From: Blepharisma stoltei ATCC 30299
Taxonomy: Eukaryota > Protista > Ciliophora
Assembly (NCBI GenBank): GCA_965603825.1
Contig: CBFDEM010000036.1
Location: 186,001 to 250,000, forward strand
Reading direction: 5' to 3'
DNA length: 64,000 nt
In this document: positions 48,984-61,634 of the stretch, piece after piece
Numbering within the stretch: the stretch's first letter is position 1
Layout of the letters: the number at the start of each line of letters is the position of its first letter
The notes under the pieces: model-generated
What the model was told of the DNA's origin: nothing
Database searches by the model: none
Seen by the model: the letters and a program-made list of their open reading frames with translations, nothing else
Translations under genes and position numbers: made by a program

Positions 48984-49610
48984 ATGGCTCAAATTAGATT
49001 CCATTATTTCGACAGCTTTGGTAGAGGAGAAACTTCAAGATTAATTTTGAAGTATCTGAATCTCGAATTTGAGGATGTTAGACACACTCACGAAACTTGG
49101 GATCAAGCTAAAACAACAGGCATTGCAGAATTCTCTCAAATTCCTCTACTTCAGATTGACGGTCATAATTTGGTGCAATCCAGAGCTATTGAAAAGTACT
49201 TACTTAGAAGAGCTGGATTAATTTCAAATGATCTTTTCGAGAACTATCAATCTGAATCTCTTGTTGGATTTGTGGATGATATTTTCCAAACAGTGGTCAA
49301 ATTTATCGTTTTTGATAAGGATATGGAAGGCCTTGAGAAGTGGTATCATGAGCAATTGCTTGAAAAACTTAGAATTATTGAAAAAAGGCTAAATGCAAAT
49401 AGCACTCACTTAGTGGGAAATTCAATAAGCCATGCAGACTTTGTCACTTTTGAGTTTCTTTATGATTGGCTATTGAGACCTCAAAAAGCTGCAAAAATGA
49501 GACCATTTATTGAAGCAAGTGCTCCACGGCTACTTCAGTTTGCTGAGAACTTCAAGAGCCATCCTAATCTGGCTGCCTATCTTGCAACAAGAGAAGAGAG
49601 AGAATATTAA
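48984..49610 (+). CDS. Glutathione S-transferase (sigma-like), tandem paralog
   Basis: Collinear and highly similar to 47707-48333. Confidence 0.92.
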   Translation: MAQIRFHYFDSFGRGETSRLILKYLNLEFEDVRHTHETWDQAKTTGIAEFSQIPLLQIDGHNLVQSRAIEKYLLRRAGLISNDLFENYQSESLVGFVDDIFQTVVKFIVFDKDMEGLEKWYHEQLLEKLRIIEKRLNANSTHLVGNSISHADFVTFEFLYDWLLRPQKAAKMRPFIEASAPRLLQFAENFKSHPNLAAYLATREEREY

Positions 49611-49779
49611 GCCTAATAAGAGATTAAGTTAAATATGGCCAATAGATTTAATAATAAAATGTTATCTATTTAATAATAAAAGAAATAGTTATAAAAGATT
49701 TTATAAGAAATAACCGGTTTTATAATTTTAAATTATATAAGATAGCAATTTTGTTTATTGCTTCTAAAAAACAAAAAGT

Positions 49780-51141
49780 ATGGGTAAGGAAAAGGTCCAC
49801 GTAAACCTCGTCGTTATTGGTCACATCGATTCTGGAAAGTCCACTACTTTCGGACACCTTATCTATAAGTGCGGTGGTATCGATAAAAGAACCATTGAGA
49901 AGTATGAGAAGGAAGCCAACGAAATGGGAAAGTCCTCCTTCAAATACGCTTGGGTTCTCGACAAGCTTATGGCTGAAAGAGAAAGAGGTATCACCATTGA
50001 TATATCCTTGTTCAAGTTCCAAACCGACAAGTTCTACTTCACAATCATTGACGCCCCTGGTCACAGAGATTTCATCAAGAACATGATCACAGGAACTTCA
50101 CAAGCTGATGTTGCCATCCTCGTCATTGCAGCAGCAATAGGAGAATTCGAAGCCGGATACTCAAAGAACGGACAAACCAAAGAACACGCCCTTCTTGCTT
50201 TCACTCTTGGAGTCAAACAGATGATTGTCGGAGTCAACAAGATGGACGACAAGTCTGTTGAATGGAATCAAGACAGATATCTTGAAATCAGACAAGAAGT
50301 CTCAGAATACCTTAAGAAAGTCGGCTACAACCCAGCCGAAGTACCATTCATCCCCATTTCAGGTTGGTTAGGTGACAACATGGTTGAAGAATCAGCCAAC
50401 ATGCCTTGGTATGATGGACCAACTCTTCTTGGAGCTCTTGATAACGTCCAACCACCTAAAAGACACGTTGACAAACCACTCAGACTTCCAGTCCAAGACG
50501 TCTACAAGATTCCAGGTATTGGGACAGTCCCAGTCGGCAGAGTTGAAACTGGAACCCTTAAACCAGGCACAGTCATTGTTTTCGCCCCATCAGGAATTTC
50601 AACTGAAGTCAAGTCTGTTGAAATGCACTACGAATCCCTCGAAGAAGCCTTACCAGGTGACAACGTTGGTTTCAACACCAAGAACATTGGAGTCAACCAT
50701 ATCAAGAGAGGATACGTTGCCTCAGACCCTAGATGAGATCCAGCCAGAGAATGCATTGACTTCACTGCCCAAGTCATCATCTTAAACCACCCTGGCCAAA
50801 TCTCAGTCGGCTACGCCCCAATCCTTGATTGCCACACTTCTCACACTGCTTGCAGATTCATCGACCTTAAACAAAAAGTCGACAAAAGAACTGGAGTCGT
50901 CCTCGAACAAGAACCTAAATTCGTCAAATCTGGAGACGCTGCAATTGCTACTTTGATCCCATGCAAACCCATGTGTGTTGAACCATTCACAGAATACCCA
51001 CCACTTGGAAGATTCGCCGCCAGAGATATGAGACAAACCGTAGCTGTCGGTATCATCAAAGAAGTCAACAAACTCGCTGAAGGGCAAACCATATCTGCTG
51101 CCCCAGGAGAAAAGAAAGCAAAAGGAGGAGCCAAGAAATAA
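49780..51141 (+). CDS. EEF1A: Translation elongation factor 1-alpha, divergent copy (453 aa)
   Basis: [65 protein letters not shown]; one in-frame TGA at 50734. Confidence 0.95.
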
Positions 51142-51300
51142 ATGATGCTCCTAAAAAAAATTAATTATAAAGTCTGTACTGCTAGAAGTATGTTTAAGCC
51201 CTCTAATATCGTTGCCAGTCAGTTATTAAAGTTAATTATATTATTATTAACGCAATAATATAAGCTCCTTAATTCGCTTTGATTTATTACTTACTTCAAA

Positions 51301-52425
51301 ATGAAAAATACTAATTGAAGAAATATAGAAGGCCGCAAGAGAACTGCTCCTTTAAAATCACTAGATGGAATTCGACATAACAGTCAAACTAAGCAGGATA
51401 AGCCTAGACTATTCATACCAAATGAAGAAGAAAAATTATATGGCGACCGATTTCCTTCAGGATTTCGAAAATTGAAGCTTCTCGGCAAAGGAGGATGCGC
51501 CATGGTATGGCTTGGCGAAGATGAACTAACAGGCAAAAAAGTTGCAGTAAAGCAAGTAAGCCGTTGCAGTAGTTCTGCAGCAGTTGAAAGCTGTAAAAGG
51601 GAAATTCATTTTGGAAAAATTCTCAATGAGGTTAGACACCCAGCAAACCAAAGTGTTGCCCACTTAATTACCTCAAAATCTGACCGACAAGACCTGTGAG
51701 CTATTTTTGAGGTAGGCGGATCAAGCTTAAGCAAAGCTTTATTTCAACTTAAAGGAGAATTCGTTAAAGGCGAAAGAATCTATCAAGTCGTTCATGGCCC
51801 TCTCTATGAAGAAATCAAGAGAAACCCAGAAATTTTAAAAGAGTTTGTAAAGGAAATGCTGGAAGTGCTTCAGCTTTTCTCAGAATTGAATATTGTACAT
51901 AGCGATTTAAAACCTGACAATATTTTGGTAAACGAAGAGTATTATGATGGAGTCAAATTAATTGATCTTGGATCTGCTTTTAGCTGCATTGGGAGTGGGA
52001 GCATAAATACAGCTACACCTGAATATATGCCACCAGAAGCTTTGGAACTAGCTCATTCTCCAGGCGATCATGTAGCAACCTTAGCTCAATTCAGCAGTCC
52101 TTGATCTTTTGATATATGGTCACTTGGGATGATTTTGTTAGAAATCGTATCTGGAGTCCCATTGTGGATGTCACTGAAATCAAGAGTTAACCGATTTGGA
52201 AGAATGTCATTCTGTAAAGGGCTTTTAGCTGCACAAGGAAGAGACCCAGCTACAATATTAAGGATGCAGCATGAAGTCACCCGAAACGTTGAACAAACCA
52301 TACACAAATATGCAGCATTTACTGTAACTCGAAATTTTGTGGATTTATTAAGCAAGATGCTAGCTTGGGATCCATCAGCAAGAATTTCTCCTGAAGATGC
52401 ATTAAGTCATGCATACCTAAACTAA
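51301..52425 (+). CDS. Ser/Thr protein kinase, CMGC/DYRK-like (374 aa)
   Basis: GKGGCAMV, VAVK, HSDLKPDN, DLG, TPEYMPPE, DIWSLG, RISPEDAL; three in-frame TGA. Confidence 0.85.
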
Positions 52426-52471
52426 GACTTTTAGTTATTTAACTAAAAATTCTAAATTAAATTATAAATTA

Positions 52472-54160
52472 ATGAGTGAAATCCCAATCAAGCCTCCTCA
52501 GATTCCCAATCTTGTCATTAAGCAAATCACTTGACACGTTAAACTAAACGAATTTATAGAAGAAGGCCACGATCTTTGCACCTTAATTTGTGATGTTCCA
52601 GAATCATCCTCATCACTTTTGAGCCAAATTATCCATATGCCTGTATATAAAACAAAAACATTCAAGATCAAATCAACCGCATCTGGCTCCTTATATGTAC
52701 TGAATTCAGCTGAAGAAGCTCAGCAAACGAGTATTCTCTGCAAAATTCGCCAAAAAACCTTGCCGAATTTTTCGATTGGGGCTGATTCTATTGATAAGTG
52801 CAAACACGAAATGGAGTTTGGAGGAATGTGCGCATTTTGTGGGTATAGATCTAATGAGTAAAGCTTATATAGGAATGAGCAAGCAGACATAGAAAAACTG
52901 CACTGTGGGGTCACTGGTAGAAATTTGAAATTTAATGAAGATTTAGCTGTTGCTCTTGAACACAAGAAAAAGCAAAAACTTTTAAAAGAAAAAAAATTAC
53001 TGTTGGTGCTGGATTTAGACCACACGCTGCTGCATACTATTAAAGGAAGCTCAGCTAAGCCAAATATACATCAGATTAATATTGATGGAATAGTGTTTTC
53101 AACAAGATTGAGGCCACATCTAGATTTTTTCTTAGAAAATCTAAAGGATAAATATGAGTTCTTTGTCTATACAAAAGGATCAAGGAAATATGCCCACCAA
53201 ATGATGAAGCTGATTGACCCACACAAAGAATATTTTGGTGAAAGACTTATATCACAGTAAAATATATTTAGAGATGACGAGCCAGGAGAATCTGGAAAAA
53301 GTTTAAAGATTTTATTACCAAAAGACAACACTATGGTTTTAATACTGGATGATACCCATGAAGTGTGGCCAGATTCACCAAACCTTGTTATCGCTGATAG
53401 ATTTTGGTACTTTTATGATGAATTGTCTGACATTGATAAAAAGATTATGGGAGAAAACGACCATTTACTTTATTTCATGAAGGATTTGCTAGCAAACATC
53501 CACGATTCTTTTTACATGCAAGAGACTGCTGATGTAAAAAATATTTTAAAACAAATTCAAGGAAATGTTTTACTAGGAGCAAAAATCGCTTTTAGTGGGA
53601 TGATTCCAATTGATATACAGCCTGAAATGCACCCTTTATGGCAAGCTGCAGAAAGATATGGGGCGATTTGCCAAAGAGAAGTTACTGAAGAAACCACTCA
53701 TCTTATATCTGACGGATCACTAACCAAAAAATTCAAGCAGGCAAAAAGAATGAACATCCCAGTTTTGCATAGAACTTGGCTATCTTTATCAGTCAGCTAT
53801 TGATACTGGCTACCTGAATCTCAATTTACACTGGAAAATATCAATAATTTAGATATTAGATCTCTTCTTCCTACTTCGTTGATGAGACAGTTAAGCATAG
53901 GAAGTCCCGTGCCATCAAAAAGCCATACTTCTGGAGAGAGCGAAAGTGATAGTGACAGCGATTTAATTGACTCAAAATCTGATTCCAGCTCTTCCAGTAA
54001 TAAAAATATGGCTGACTGCGCCAGAGAAGTAAATTCAACTAGCATTGATAGTAAAGAGAATAAGCAAGAAAAAGGCGCAGTTAAGAGGGCAAACGCGTCA
54101 CAAATACCAAAACCAGCCAAGAAAGTAAAGTTCCAAGATAACTCAGAGCTGAAAATTTAG
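52472..54160 (+). CDS. FCP1: RNA polymerase II CTD phosphatase FCP1-like (552 aa); two 15-nt introns
   Basis: CKHEMEFGGMCAFCG, LVLDLDHTLLH (DxDxT), LRPHL, VLILDD..VW, BRCT (FSGMIP..THLI..WL..Y[TGA]); single frame after intron removal. Confidence 0.88.
52858..52872 (+). other. 15-nt intron GTAAAGCTTATATAG
   Basis: GT-AG, A at position 10, in-frame TAA if retained, inside FCP1. Confidence 0.87.
53257..53271 (+). other. 15-nt intron GTAAAATATATTTAG
   Basis: GT-AG, A at position 10, in-frame TAA if retained; removal restores FGERLISQDD within the FCPH domain. Confidence 0.9.
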
Positions 54161-54251
54161 CAAAATGCTTATAGTTTCCACACAAAGCAGTTTAAATAGA
54201 AGAAAATATTAATTTTTAGTTTTAACTGTATTAAATATTGCAACATTTAAA

Positions 54252-57200
54252 ATGTCCGACACTAGCTCTGATATTTTCACTTATGTCAACACTCCTAAGA
54301 AGTTATCTTCTCATGATGTAATTCAGCAGGTTTATTGCCCAAACGGAAGACCTCTATCAGAGATGTCTAAAATGCTCAACCTAATAAAAGAATCGAATAA
54401 CATGACAAACCTAAAAAAACACAGTGAAGCATCTATGCTTAATTCTTTAAGAGGAAGACTTAAATCAGGGATTCCTTTTACATATGCTGGGAATGTGCTA
54501 ATTTCAGTTAATTCTGAGGCACAACCGTCTCTTTATTTTAATAAAGGAATCCGCAGCAAATATAGCCAAGAAATCGAAGAACTGCCTCCTCATATCTATA
54601 GTACAAGCTTATCAGCTTATGAGAAACTTAAGACCACAAAAGAAAACCAAGTTATTGCAGTTCTAGGTGAATCAGGCTCAGGAAAAACATTTAACGTGAT
54701 TCATTTGGTTGACCACCTAGTGTCTGTTTCATCTTCAGACTTTTTAAGCCAAAGTTTGGAATCTGATAAAAAATTGTTTCACATTCTGCATGAAGGAATG
54801 CAGGCTCTTCATATTATGGGATCCTCTGTGAGGAAGCATAATCTTGAGTCTACAGCATGCGCGATGATAACTGAACTGAAATTTGATAAGCAGTTCAAAG
54901 CAGTTGGAGGACAAATAAAAGCAACACTAATGGATTTTAGCTTGCCAATCGCTAAAAAAGGGAGATCTTATCAACTTTTGCATTCGCTTTTAGGAGCGAG
55001 TAAAAGCACTCTTCAAAAATGTGGGCTCCATGGAAATGTCATACATAAGCTGTTTGAAAGCCCAAAGCAAAGACCTGAGCAAGAAGATGGGACGATGGAA
55101 GCTCTTGATAGAGAAATCTGGGAGAGATTTATGGAGTGTCTCAATGAATTAGGAATAGAAAAAGCTGAAATTCTAGGGCTAGAAGATGTTTTAGCAATTG
55201 TAATTCACCTTCATGATATTTATTTTGTTGAAAATGAGGCTGGCTTTTGGATTCCAAGGAATAAATATACCGTCCAAAAAATATGTAAACTGCTTGTATT
55301 GCCTGAAGACAAATTTTATGAGTGCTTTTCAATTTTTAAAACAAAATCTGAAGCTGAGTTCAGAATCAGAGACTTAGCCAGAACTTTGTACAGTTTGGCA
55401 TTTTCTTGGCTAAATGACAAAATTAACGAAAGGCTTGAAATTCATTGTAGCAGTCTTATTGACATCAGAATTGAAGCTGCACTTTCTCTATTAAGCCCAG
55501 AAGCAAAGAAAAATATAAACAAAGAAAAAAAAGAAATTTATGAAAATTGTTTGCCTGCATATTCTATCATGATAGTTGACTTTCCAGGATTTGCGAGAGA
55601 AAAAAGCATGGGGAGTTTTACAACAAATATAACAATTGAGTCTCTGAATTATTATTGCTGCAATAATTACATAAAGCTTTTGGACTCACTTGAAAGGGAA
55701 AATATAGGGATGCCTGTTCTTAACACTCCAAATTGTAAGCATATCGTTGATCTGTGCTTAGGTAAAGGATCTGGTCTTATTCACTTTCTTTCTGCTGATA
55801 ATGCCACGTTTAAAGAATATGTCAACGAACTGCACAGAGTCCAAAGTGATGAAAATTTGCCTTATAAGGATATTATTTCTTTTATTGAAAAAAATGATAT
55901 TATTTATCATTTCTCTTGGGGATCTGTAAAATATGATTTAACTCATCTCCGAAATGAAGCAGAAGGGCACTATACACTACATTTAAATTCATTTTTCCTC
56001 AGAAAATGCAATTCAAAGCTGATTTCAGTGTTCTCAAGTGTGCTTCCTAATTTTTATCTTAATCAGCTGAAAGTCCCTTCAGATATTCCATCTGAGTCAA
56101 TTTTTGCTGAAAAGCTTGCTCTATCGATTTCAAGCCTTATTCAGCCTCTTGTCAAAATTGAGCCCCATATAATTTATTGCATTAAAGCTCCTGAAAAAGA
56201 AATTCAGCCTGGTGCAGTCTTCTTATTTAGAAATTCATTAATTTTGCCTACCTTATTATGGACGTGATATGGTTTCCCTCACTGAATAAACATTGAAGAT
56301 GTAATTAAAGAATTTCCAGACATTGCATTAAGAATATCTGGTGCACAAAAGGAGGTCGCAAAAGGTGTTTTAGCCCAAGTTTTACCTTCTCAAGACTTTA
56401 TAATAACTGGACGATATGTATTACTAAAAGAAAAGCATATGAACCAGCTTCAAGATATAATAAAAAGAAAGCAAAAAATTAAAGATGATACTATTGATCT
56501 ATCGTTGACACATTCTGATGCAAATTTTATGCAAATAAGTGAATCTAGCCCATTTTCAGCTAAAAAAAGCAATTCTATTTTCAGGCCCAAAGATTTCCAT
56601 GTTGAAATCTATGATGATCGTCCACAGCCAAAAATCACTTCAAAAGAAAATTTAAGGCAAAATATTCAAACAAATTCTTTTGAGAAGCTTGATATTATGG
56701 CTGAATCAGAGCGTTATGTACAGAAACTCTTAACCAAACAGTCTGTGAAAAACACAGAAGAGCTTAATTCGAGTATCATTTCTAATGGCAAAAATAAAGA
56801 TCAACAAGAAAATATTGTGAAAATAGAATCATTCCATGCCATTTCAAAATTATTCAGGTCTATGGGCGGATATATGAAAATGGACTATTCAGGAATTCTG
56901 CCTGAAATTATAAGAATTCAATCTATGTGAAGAGGGTGCAAGGCTCGTGAGTTTTATAATGGATTGAAGTTTCTTCATGAAAAAGCAAAAACTATTCAAA
57001 GAATATGAAAAGGATGGCATACCAGAATGACATTAAAGCCAGTTTTTCAATTAAATCGAGCTGTCATTATGATACAAAGAGCTTGGAGAAGTAAGTTTAC
57101 AAAGAAAAAAAGTTGCATCATAAAAATACAAAGATGGTACAAAGCTATTGTTGCCGCTCGGAAGTTTGCATTATCTTACGAGGCAAGTATATCAAAGAAG

Positions 57201-58229
57201 TCAAAATCATCAAAACATACTTCAAGATCCAAAGGCAGTTCTACCAAAAAGCAATCAAAGCCAGGTTCAAGACTTGTAACACCTCCATCCTCCAAGCGTC
57301 CAACCAATGCTATAAAACCTGCATCGTCTAAGCAATCAGCATTAAACACCTCTAATCATCAGTCAAGCCTAAATACATCAAACCACCAAAGCTTAAACAC
57401 ATCAATCCATCAGACTAGCTTAAACACATCAAATCACCAAGGCAGCTCGATCACGTCAAACCATCAAAGTTTAAACATTTCAAACAATCAGACAAGCATA
57501 AACACATCAAATCGCCAGCCAGGCTTAAACACATCAAACCACCACATAAAAGTAACCCAAAAGCACACTCCAAACAGCTCATCTACCAAAGACCGATCTC
57601 CCAAAAGCCGAATAAACCAAAGCATTGAGTCACCTGATCTCTCTCCATTCTCTCCACGCATTTCTTCATATTCCAGAGAGTTAGCCCAAAACAAGCGAGC
57701 ACGTCAAGGAAACGATTACGTGCCCTTCGAAGAAAGATTCAAAATTTTAGAAAACCAAAGGCAAGAAAGGCTACATAACGAAAGGCAAAAAAAGGTTGAA
57801 GAGGAGCTGAAAAATTTGACGCATTCTCCCAAAATCAATAGAAATGCTCATGCGATGGGAAACTTTTTAGATAGGCAGCAAGAATATGTAGTCAACGCTA
57901 AGCTGAAGCTAAGCACACAGCAGATTAATAAAGTTGATGAAGAAATATTGGAAGCGACTTTTTCGCCGAAAATCAACAAAACTCCAAGGTCGAGGAATCC
58001 TGATCAAATTGTTAGTGATTTGTATACGTGGGCGAAACTTAAAGAAAATCAACTTAAGAAAGCAAGAGAAGCAAAAATTGAGGAAGAAGATGAGGAAATG
58101 GCGAAGTTTAGGCTGTCAGATTCATCACTGCGCTATGTTTGCAAAAGAAAGAAAAAAATTGAAGATGAAGCTGTTAAACAAAAGCAGTTTGGGAGGGAGA
58201 CGAGTCCATATTGGCCAGGGCAAGTTTAA
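54252..58229 (+). CDS. Highly divergent myosin-like protein (1325 aa): degenerate motor domain, four IQ motifs, low-complexity tail
   Basis: FTYAGNVLISVN, LPPHIY, NQVIAVLGESGSGKT, LARTLYSLAFSWL, PHIIYCIK; IQ motifs IQSM[TGA]RG, IQRI[TGA]KG, IQRAWRS, IQRWYKA; one frame via TGA. Confidence 0.82.
57337..57546 (+). repeat. Coding minisatellite, 8 units of 24-27 nt encoding (x)SLNTSNHQ
   Basis: Repeated ttaaacacatcaaaccacca-like units in the myosin tail. Confidence 0.85.
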
Positions 58230-58476
58230 AATAAAATTTGATAATCAAATATGTTAACTCATTTGGTATTTCAAAACTTATTAGCCGATAAATTTTAATT
58301 ATTTTATTCTCAAAAAGCAAGCTAGCTAATTCAGATTCTCTTGATATTTATAGAAAATTATTTTAAAAATATAAATTTATGGAGTGTGTTACCTAGCATT
58401 ATTGCATTATGTCTCAGCGAATGCTATTTGTTTAGCTTTAGAAAAGTTTGATATAGCAACACTAAAATTTATATAA

Positions 58477-61400
58477 ATGTCTAAGTGGAACTATTTGGCT
58501 AGTGCTCACAAGTCTAGCGCAGTTGCTACATCATTAGTGTGCAATTTTACGTCTCCTGAAGACAGAAACCTTATAGTTGCTAAAGGGAATCGAATTGAAA
58601 TTCACACTTTGACCGAAGAAAACATAATCCCAATTCAAGAATTCTCCCTGTTTGGAATTGTTCGGTTTATCGAGAAACTACATCCTCAAACTGGTTCAGA
58701 TTCTCTATTAATTGTTACTGATCCCTATAATCTTAGTCTCGCGGTCTTTGAAAACTCAAAATTGTGTTTAAAAGAGTCAGTATCTCTTAAAGAAAAATTA
58801 TCACTAAGACTAGAGTATTTTCCTTTCGCAACTTTAGATCCCCACCAGAGAGCTTTCTGCATGCACATATATAAAGGATTAATTCGAATTATAGGAATTA
58901 AATCAAATTTCACAATTGGAGTCTCATTTAACTCAAGAATTGAGGAGAGCTGGGTAATTGATATGAAATTTTTAAACAATTCTCAAGAGTTGCAGCTAGG
59001 GATTCTTTTCAAAAAGGAGTCAGAATTTATATTTAAAGCTTTTCCTGTTAGCTTAGCAGAGAAAAACATTAGCGATTATATATGAAGCATTGCCATTAGA
59101 GAGCCAGTCTGCAAATTTTTAAATCTACAGCATGGAAGCATTGGGATTGTTGATATGAACTCCATAAAAATTTATAGAGAGCAAGAGAATGATCCTTCTA
59201 TGTCAGCAAATGCAGAATTCGGAAAAGTTAATGTGGTTCATAATATTGATATTTCACGATGGGTTATAGGAAATCAAGACGGAAACCTGTTTATAGTTTT
59301 CTTGAATCATGAGCTTAAAGTTGAGTGCCTTGGGCGATGCTCAATGGCTAGCAGCATATCATACTTGGACAATAACTATCTTTTTATTGGGTCATCATTT
59401 GGGGATTCACAACTAATTAGAGTTTTAACTGAGCGGCAGGAGAATTCTTTTCTATCAGTAGAGCAGAAGTATCAAAATATCGGCCCAATTTTAGATTTCA
59501 AAGTAATTGAAGGCGAGCGGAAGGGCCTTTGCAATATTATTTCGTGCTCAGGCTACAATCTAGATGGATCGTTGAGACTGGTTAATAAAGGGATTAGTGT
59601 GACTGTAGAAAACCAAATGGAAATTGGAAATGTGATTGGCTTATTCACATTGCAGGTAGAAGATAGCGATTTTACCCATATAGTTCTAAGCTTTATTGAT
59701 GCAACAAGAATATTGAAAATCCAAGATGAGGCTTTGAAGCCAATTTCTTACCCAGACATTGATTCCAAAATTTCATCAATTTATGTCGGAATTACCAAAT
59801 TCGGCATTGTTCAAGTAACAAAATTTTTTATTCAGCTTTTAAATTTCAAGTGGCAAAGTGTTTTTATTATCAGATCTGAGGAAATAAAAGAAAATTCAGA
59901 AATTACACTTGCGGAGTCATCTGGCGAAAAAATTTGTATTGTATTGAATGGACTTGAGCTGATAGTATTTTCAGCTAATGAAAATCGCCTAGAAAAACTT
60001 AATAATCAGACTTTTCAGAATGAGATTGCTTGCATTGGAATGTCGCATGACATGATTGCTGTTGGGCTATGAATAGAATTAAACATCATTGTCATTGACC
60101 CTCATAGCATGCAGGAAACTTGGCGTGATCATTTAGGGGGTGAAGTTCTCCCTAGATCTCTTATGTTTGTGGAGCTTGAAGATATAAAATACTTATTTGC
60201 AGGCTTAGCGGATGGGCATTTGCTCACTTATACACTTCCAAATTTTACTAAAAGAAGCCAATTGATTGGTACTCAGCAAGTGATTCTTAAAGCCTTTAAA
60301 TATCAAAACAAAGTTTCTGTATTTGCAGGGTGTGACCAACCAAAAATAGTGTATAGCCACCACCATAGACTGATTACTTCTACAGTCAACTCAGATTCAG
60401 TTTCTTTTGTTTCACCATTCGGCACCAAAAATTTTCCAGACTGCCTAGCTTTAATAAGTGGACAGTCTTTGATAATGATTTCTATTGAAGATTTGCAAAA
60501 CTTCACTATAAAAACATTCCCACAAGGGCTTTCTATGAGAAGAATTGGAATGGTTGATGATTATTTTGTATGCTTAGCAAGAAACTCAGCTAATATTGAC
60601 AGTCTTATGCTATTTTCCAATACTTTGGTGGCTGAAAATACGCATTCATTTGAGCATTCTGAAGCTGTGAATGCTTTATTGGTCGATAAAAACAGAATAA
60701 TTGTTGGAACTGGGGTAACTGATGATAGAAATAATGATCCAAAATCTGGTCATTTAAGAGTTTTTGTCATTAGGGACAGAGCTTTCCATGAAGTTTCTCG
60801 CTTCAATGTGCGAGATGGAGGAGTTTCTTGTATCGTTTCTATCGGAAAAAACCGACTTGTAGGAGGAGTGCATAGCGTGATTCATTACTGAGGAATTGAC
60901 GATGAAAACCAAATCACTTTGATTGATGCCAGTCATAAACTCACCTATGTTTATAGCATGGACACTTGCCAAAACTTAGTAGCAGTGGCTGATCTAATAA
61001 AATCTGTTACCATTTTTTCAGCAAATGATGAAGGACTTACAGTTGTCGCTAAAAACTATTCAGCAATGTGGCCAACTTGTATACAGTTCATTTGTCAGTC
61101 ACTAATTGTAGTTGCTGATACGTTTGGAAATTTATTATTATTAGAAGTTCAAAATAATATGAAATTAAATCCAATTGGAGGCATTCATATTGGAGAAACT
61201 ATTAATTGCATAAGAAAAGGACCGCTTATCCAAGGAAGGTCTGATGAATTTCCTGATAATGTGGAAAGCCTATTATTTGCTACCGCAAAAGGAAACTTAG
61301 GCGTTATCGCTTCTTTGCCTCTTGATATATATACAATCTTAAACCTCGTCCAAGAAGAACTAACTTCCAAAATCTCTCAAATCGGAAATATGAGTCTTAA

Positions 61401-61599
61401 AAATTATAGATCGCCTGACTTAGAAAAGCAAAAAATTAATTTTGATTTCTTTTTAGATGGAGATTTTATTGAAGCATTTCTAGACATTTCACCTGAAGAG
61501 CAGTTATCAATTAGTACTGAAGTTGGACTGAAGCTTGGAAAAGATTTAAATGTGCAGGATCTTCAAAAACTTATTCTTTCGTTATCAAAGGTTCATTAA
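58477..61599 (+). CDS. DDB1: DNA damage-binding protein 1 (CUL4 adaptor), 1040 aa
   Basis: NYLASAHKSSAV..NFTSPEDRNLIVAKGNRIEI, ISYLDNNYLFIGSSFGDSQLI, NIGPILDF, GGEVLPRS, FLDGDFIEAFLD; three in-frame TGA. Confidence 0.92.
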
Positions 61600-61634
61600 A
61601 ATTAAATTTTGAAAAAAATAAAAAAATAGTTAAA

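Noticed and set aside
49720-51134. Antisense and alternative-frame ORFs over EF-1alpha (and similar shadow ORFs over RPA1, importin, VPS15, GST, DDB1 and 62116-62616)
   Set aside because: By-products of codon bias on the coding strand; no motifs of their own
51190-51258. Upstream in-frame ATG for the kinase
   Set aside because: Closed by TAA after 22 codons with no 15-nt GT-AG intron to remove it; ATG 51301 preferred
57337-57546. CRISPR-like or telomeric array
   Set aside because: Degenerate in-frame coding repeat without unique spacers; no C4A2/CCCTAACA-type telomeric tract anywhere in the window
3029-61599. Many genes appear broken by stops (mass pseudogenisation)
   Set aside because: Breaks are in-frame TGA at Trp positions or 15-nt introns; essential genes (VPS15, DDB1, Rrp45, FCP1) are otherwise intact
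18703-61599. A nucleotide-excision-repair gene cluster (XPA-like, RPA1, DDB1)
   Set aside because: DDB1 is ~37 kb away with many unrelated genes between; only the XPA-like/RPA1 adjacency is retained as a finding
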